Positions 53,189 through 60,328 of a stretch of 60,328 nt of DNA are shown one piece after another. Each line of letters begins with the position of its first letter. Position 1 is the stretch's first letter. Source of the stretch: Octopus bimaculoides (taxonomy: Eukaryota). Made by a program: the position numbers and the translations under genes. The notes under the pieces were generated by a model. That model was given only the letters and a program-made list of their open reading frames with translations. It ran no database searches and was not told the DNA's origin. The DNA lies in the NCBI RefSeq assembly GCF_001194135.2, contig NC_068981.1:122048626-122108953 (forward strand), given 5' to 3'.

Positions 53189-54991
53189 GTATATACACAC
53201 ACACGCGCGCACGCACGCACACACACACATATATATACATATACAGAATTAGTGATAGATGATTATAATGGAGAAACATTTCATGTTTAACGTTCACTTA
53301 TAAACAAAGTCTAACCCACCAAGGCACTATTTCCTTAAAAGGAATTAGAACGACTTGGTTGTCATTAGACCTACTCAGCATAATCGCATGGCATATTGTC
53401 ACCCTTATGTAATGCGTAATGTCACTCTAGCTATAGGTTAACCACCTCTTCAATCTCTTTCCTATTGAAAGTTTTACATTAAACATCATTTTGCCGTTAT
53501 TCACATTATGCATCATCCGTATCAAAATCATCTCCGCCTTTGACAATCCCAGGAACTCTAAATTACAACGTGTTTCTCCTGATTGACCTATAATAAGATT
53601 CATATTTTACATAATAGAATATTTGTATTATACGAGGAGAGACTGTTGCAATATAATATCCATAATACTTTTCAGCCATTGAGTATTCTAAGCATGTGTT
53701 CTTGTCCATTGACGAAAATGATATACTCCATTAATTAGCACATGGATCACATATATTTGTGGATAGGTGTAGTGTGATTGACTCTTTTAAATGGAGAAGT
53801 TTTATATCGCTAAGTTTGAAAATGAGAATGGAAATATTGAAAGCTTACCTAAGGAAAGTATATAAAGAACGAGCAGAAGCATTTTCTTTATTAAGCTATA
53901 ATATTAGCAGTATTTAAATATCGCTACAATGAATGCAGATAGATTGCAAGGTGAATAAATCTCAGATGAACGTGCAGGTAAATGATTAAGTTGCTTGGAA
54001 TAAAACCAATTAACTTCTATAACTCATATATTCCTCTTTTGAGCGGCCTTAAGTACAACCTTGTCGGCCTTTCTTTAGTTACTACACTAGAGTACAAATG
54101 AAACACAAACAATCAATTATGTTCACGACAAAACTTTTATTTGGATATTAACACGATATTTAAAATCTACAACATATAACTAAATCAATGTTTTGTTAGA
54201 ATGTTTGTTTTTGAAATGAAGTTGTTATATATATTTGCAAATATATAATTATGATTTTTTTTTCTGATTATTTTATCACAGTGGACCTACTAAATACCAC
54301 ATACTCAACAATTGCTACGACATTATTAGTTCATTTTTAAATATATTTTCTTGCAATTAAATTGGCAATGATTATTTTATTTTGAAAAGAAACACATAAA
54401 CTTTGTACTCCTATTCACAATTATTTGATTTAATGAATACTTACAAATTTAAGCCGCATAGCATGGTGATTGTTGGAGCCATAGCAAAGTCTTCGATTAT
54501 TTCGCACGCTATTTTTCTGTTGTTTATAGCCATTAGTTTTTTTTCCTTCTTCTCTGAAAGTAATATCATTTTTAACATCTCTTTCCTAATTGTAAGTGTT
54601 GCTTTGATTAAGGCTACATATTTTTTTCCTTTGAATGTTTTTACCAATGAATAAATCAAAATTGGCCAACAAAAAATAAGAAGGTTATCGTACAATATTG
54701 ATTGGCTTTCATCGATCGTCGTTCAGCAAAAAGATATAAAAAAGCGAAGGAAGAACCTAAAGGGCAACACTAGGTCAGTGATTTGATTTATGTGGCTATC
54801 TAATAAAGCATTAAACTACAAAGAAATCTTCTATTTGAGGCTAATATAATATTGGAGAAATGTTATTAGTACGAATGAATGTCTGTAAGACATTTATGTA
54901 GAATTCCACGCTTTGTGTCAGACGAGAATATAATATAAAAAATTAATTCACTTGTATACTCAATAGCAGATACTGCAAATAGAAATAAATT

Positions 54992-55207
54992 TTAAAATCC
55001 TAAATTTAAAAACAAAGAAAATTCTCGTTCAATTTCAGACGTTGGAAACATTGCATACATACACACATACATACACACACACATACATACATACATACAT
55101 ACATACATACATCTCTCTCTATATATATATGCATATATATGTGTGCATGTGTTTGTGTGCGTGTACACACACATATACATGCATACATGTGTACATATAT
55201 GTATACA

Positions 55208-55266
<59 letters not shown>

Positions 55267-55278
55267 GCACACACACAA

Positions 55279-55310
<32 letters not shown>

Positions 55311-55316
55311 ACGCAC

Positions 55317-55348
<32 letters not shown>

Positions 55349-55352
55349 GTAT
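54992..55352. repeat. Compound (CATA)n/(TA)n/(CA)n microsatellite field
   Basis: Directly visible from ~55050 onward. Confidence 0.9.
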
Positions 55353-57835
55353 ATTTCATTAGTGATTTTAATTGCATTATATTTTGATAATCTCGTAATT
55401 ATATTTCAGTTCTTTCAAATAATGTCATGAACACTACACCAAATCAGAAGCGCTAATAATTTGGTTTTCTTTTTGACAATCTAAATTTCGAAGTCTTTAA
55501 CGAATCCTAAAATTGTAAAACATTAAAATCCAAGGAAACTAGTATCATTCTATGTCGGTAAATTGCTATTGAAAGAGTTCAGAAGAATATAGTGCATGTC
55601 GTGATCACATAGAGATGCCATAACGCCGTTTGTTTTTTAACTATTTGTTTTCTTAGTATTTTTTTTTTCTTTTCCAATTGTATAAATGCAAAAGTAGTTG
55701 TGGCATGGTAATTAACGAAGATAAAACGCTACTTGTTGGTAATAAATCTATTTTCTCTATCTGACTATTATGAGTAACAACCGCAAAAGTGATGCAGTTT
55801 TTAATAGATAATTTATTTGGAATTAATCATATGGCATGGTAAAATTATACAACATGCTACAAATGTTTTCAGAAGTGAAAATAAATGAAATTGTTTCAGC
55901 CGCAATGTATGAATTTGTGAGATGTATATAGAAATGATAGGATATCAAGCATGCGCTTGGCGACAAAATAGCGATGTATCAAGACGCCGAATATTTAATA
56001 GAGTTACGTGCCTGAATATGAATGTCTTAATATGTACGTGTCTGTTTTATTTGTATGAGTAACGCGTGTGATGTAAATTTTCATAATGTAAATCTTTCAA
56101 TAAATCTAGATATATGCTACCGCAATATCTATTGGCATCAACTCTGTCACTAACGTCACTATACTAATCAGGTCCCGGAGAAAACCAGGCTTTATTCCGT
56201 TCACTTATAATACATGTAAGAATAAACGCACAAACACACACAAACATGAGTGCGCGTGCACACACATGTATACACATCATGAGTGTCTTTTGTGATTTGT
56301 GCTCGTAGTACTCAAGAATAAATGCTGATAAACATTTTTCTGTTTCTGTACCAGCACTGTACGAGATAAGATTGATGCTTTATTCAATACCGATACGTAT
56401 AAGTGCAAGAAGTATACTGTTTGTTACTATCATTATTTGTAAACTGTTTAAAGTAATACATTTGGGAACTTTTAAAACTATTTCACAATCATCTAATGAT
56501 GAAACTATAGTTCCGCCACAGTCAAACATTTCCGGTATATCTATATAGTAATAGAATTGCAAAATTAGATGCATCGGCTACAGTAGATTGAAAGGATTTT
56601 ATCTGTCTACAGAAAGTGTATTAAATTAATATTCAAGTCGTTTTGTGAGTCAGAAATACTGAGAATTACTATTTACGATGATTATATAATAGATATATAA
56701 GGAAATGTTGCGTAGTAATATGTATTTTAAAGGCGTGTGGATTGGAGAAAATGTATTTTACCAGCGACTATTACCACAGTTATTAACGAAAATGTATCAT
56801 GTAAAAAGAAGACACGTTAGAAACTATATAAACTAAGATGATTCTAGATTCTGATGAAGAGAAGCGTGTAGACTCTTTCACCTCATGCCGCTTGTCAAAC
56901 TTAATGTTATTTAATTGAAGACTTCAACCAATTATCGTGATCTTAAATACATTAGAGTGACAGGTCAATTGCGTTTATACACACGCATTTGAATTTAAAT
57001 GTTACTAAATCGATTTTATATTGCACACTTGAACATAACAAGGATATGATAGGTAGAATTACATTGTAGATCTTGAATTACAGTTAGGTTGTAAATAGAA
57101 ATTATTTGGAATAAAATTTATTTTTTCTATAAAATATTTTTTTGTTTTGTTTTCCGAAACGAAAATTACCCTCAACATTCAATACAACCACATATGTAGA
57201 TAACCTCAATAAAATTTGTGCAACTTTTCAGTGTAAGAACGTATATCAATCGAAGAATTTTATTTAGAAAAAATCCTCATATAGCGTATAAATATTGATA
57301 TATTCTTCCAGCCCATAATATATAATTATATGAATCCAATTTAACATTGACAAACGCCAGAGGGTATAACTTATCTATTGTTTAACAGAGTCATTTTGTT
57401 GACCGTTATTTACGTTGATAGCTGTATCGAGTAGATCATATATCATTAAACAAAATTCTCTATACAATGTATGTTATTGAAAGTTTGTTAAGGAATATGT
57501 CAGTAAAAATCATAATTGCACAAATTTTATGAATAACAGGCACGTTATATTGTTGCACTTATTATTTCTTTTGAAGACAGAACAACAATAATTGGATAAC
57601 TCTGTATGTAAGTGGATTTACTCTATTATTAAGTAACATGTAATATGTTATATTAGTTTTTTCTTACGGACAGATAATGTTAGAGAACCCGTTTTATCAA
57701 CAAAGAGAAGTGACACATTTGACGCAGAAGTGGCTGATATAATATACATCCTAATGGTTATTAAAAATAAAAATAAACCTAGTGGATGCTGCATGTAGAT
57801 GGTATCAGCTGGATATATTTATATGTATTGTTACA

Positions 57836-58511
57836 TGGGTATGAAGTTTCCAACAACTTCAGGAGATGCGATGCAACTAACAAACCTCCGGTTCGTAGAT
57901 GACATTCTACTCATCGCTGAAACTCCCAACCTCACACCATGATGACAGAGATGAACACTCAGAGCCTTGCAGTAAGTGTTAAAATGATCCCGCAAAAACA
58001 AAACACATGAGGTCGGAAGACGTAGCACAAGGCCGAATAAAGATAGGAGGCAAAGAAGTCAAGTAGGTAAAGGAGTATGGCTAGTTATGGTACACAGTAC
58101 ACAGTGAATATGCACAGAGATATGGCTATAGAAATCTCAGAGAATAAGGGCAGTATCACAGGTATTTAACTGAATTAAGGATGTGCTCAAAACAAAGCTA
58201 GGCAATGGTATACTTGCCAAAATCTTCAAGTGCACCTTCCTACCTACGTTCTTATATGCAAGTGAGATGAGGTTTACTACGGGGAGAATAGAACATCGAT
58301 TGGCTACGACGCAAAGGGACATTCGAGATGAAATAATTCGATAACGGAGCGGAGTAGACGAGGTGATCGCAGAGTATCTAAAGCACACGGTTTGTTGTGC
58401 TAGACATGTTGCAAGGTTCACAGACAACAGGTGGACCTGTGCAGTTGCCAAGTGGTACCCAAGACGTCGAGAAAATACCTCTCGGAAGACCTTCATAACG
58501 ATGAGTGAACG
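57836..58511 (+). mobile_element. RTE-clade LINE 3' fragment (RT C-terminus)
   Basis: LTNLRFVDDILLIAET, LP.FLYASE, IRDEIIR.RSGV, ARHVARFTDNRWT, WYPR, with frameshifts. Confidence 0.9.
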
Positions 58512-59114
58512 AATTACTCAGGAAATCTTGTCATGATGGAACAGAATAAAGTGGTCATGAAAATACTGGAACCTGATTGTGACCAGCGGTGCATAAGAGT
58601 ATCTGATGATTTATATGCATATATATATANNNNNNNNNNNNNNNNNNNNNNNNNNNNNNNNNNNNNNNNNNNNNNNNNNNNNNNNNNNNNNNNNNNNNNN
58701 NNNNNNNNNNNNNNNNNNNNNNNNNNNNNNNNNNNNNNNNNNNNNNNNNNNNNNNNNNNNNNNNNNNNNNNNNNNNNNNNNNNNNNNNNNNNNNNNNNNN
58801 NNNNNNNNNNNNNNNNNNNNNNNNNNNNNNNNNNNNNNNNNNNNNNNNNNNNNNNNNNNNNNNNNNNNNNNNNNNNNNNNNNNNNNNNNNNNNNNNNNNN
58901 NNNNNNNNNNNNNNNNNNNNNNNNNNNNNNNNNNNNNNNNNNNNNNNNNNNNNNNNNNNNNNNNNNNNNNNNNNNNNNNNNNNNTATATATATATATATA
59001 TATATATATCAAACATTTTATCTAAATACATACAAGCATATATAATTTTGGCGTTTTGAAAGCGACATTTCGATTGACATTATCGTTCAGAGGACAGATA
59101 TTTCAATATATAGT

Positions 59115-59252
59115 ATTACTGGCACATACTAAGTTCAAATTTCGCCGAGGTTCACATTGGCTTTCATCCTTTCAGGGTCGATGAAATAAATACTATTTGA
59201 GTAATCAACCTACCCTCCCACAAATTGCTGGCCTTTTGCCAAACTTTAAACC
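59115..59252 (+). mobile_element. Second SINE family, decayed copy
   Basis: B-box-like AGTTCAAATTTCGCCGAGG followed by CTTTCATCCTTTCAGGGTCGAT and TGCTGGCCTTTTGCCAAA. Family is recognised from memory only. Confidence 0.7.
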
Positions 59253-60297
59253 AATATGTAATATTACTGTCAACGATAGTTTTGGTTTTCTTTGTGTAGC
59301 TTTGCATACAACAATATCCAGGGCTCTTTATTTTAAGAGATAGACAATCAGATCATTCAAGAGTATAACACGAGGTAAAAGAAAAAAAATAGTACTTCTG
59401 CCCTGATATTTCAGGTGAACTATTTATAGAGGTACGACCTAGTCATAGAAAAACGACCTATTCATAGCAGAATTAACTTTTGCCAGAAATAAGTGAAATC
59501 AATTCGCAATGGAATTTCCTAAACTGCACCTTATATGGGCCCGAAAGAAATAGATTTAGAAATCAATTGTTCACCTTGAGAAAGTGAGCCTCCATTTCAG
59601 ATGAGATTATTCTTTATATATGAATGCCTTAAAAACGTGATATTGAGAATTTCGAATGACAGGCATAGCTTCAAGAATAGCTACACAATATTTGTAGGTA
59701 ATAAAGTACCCAACAAACTAATAAGAAATATTAGGTGACCTGAAATTTTACGAAACGACACATGGAGTATATATTAAAATTCCTATAGTGCAAAATTGAA
59801 ATTTCTTTAGTAATACTGGATGCCGTAAGGGATGAGCTTCCTGAGTCTTAAATCAAAATACTTCTTGCATAGAATAACAACATTGCCACAGTAACTGGAG
59901 GCTTCGTTGGTTTCCTTACTACTTTTGTTGTAAGTGAATCATGCTTGTGACTATATATAGCAGGAAATTTACATCTTACAATACAGGAACTCTTTTTCAT
60001 TATGCATTAAGTTACGACGAATAAGAATATAGTACATGGATACGCGATTGGTTATAGGAAATAAACCCGAAAAGTAACGAATCCGAAAAATTATCAATCC
60101 AGAAAAGAAAACACCTCATACAAACTAACTTTTGAAGGGTTCTGTCATCTTTCATATTGTTCTGTCGTGTTCGTACATTATGATATCTTATATCGATACG
60201 TCGCTTATCTTTTTAAAAACTTAGAAAGTGGTATATAATGAACAGTGTTATTCTATATACCAAACATACGAATTATACATACACACATATACAACAG

Positions 60298-60328
<31 letters not shown>

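Noticed and set aside
56380-56574. 64-aa minus-strand ORF DIPEMFDCGG...
   Set aside because: The opposite strand is equally open and there is no good donor. The length is within chance expectation.

Overview
AT-rich eukaryotic draft-assembly DNA with about 5.7 kb of N gaps, most of them flanked by (TA)n or (CA)n arrays. The repeat families and microsatellite load resemble an Octopus-type cephalopod genome; this is inferred from recognition, not from a database search. No intact protein-coding gene, rRNA, true tRNA or CRISPR array can be supported. The window is mostly decayed mobile DNA: four different Tc1/mariner remnants, a HERO-like RLE non-LTR 3' end, two Penelope-like fragments, two R4/Dong-like fragments, an L1/Tx1-like LINE, an RTE LINE and several tRNA-derived SINEs. 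The most interesting unexplained signals are: (i) a ~2.7 kb minus-strand decayed coding region (35.4-38.0 kb) with two clearly homologous copies of a ~90-aa domain that I cannot assign to any family; (ii) three decayed minimal hammerhead-ribozyme-like cores, one of them inside a ~390 bp foldback element; (iii) a pseudoknot-capable HERO 3' UTR; (iv) scattered exon-like segments with good splice signals, suggesting the window lies within the introns of one or more large genes.
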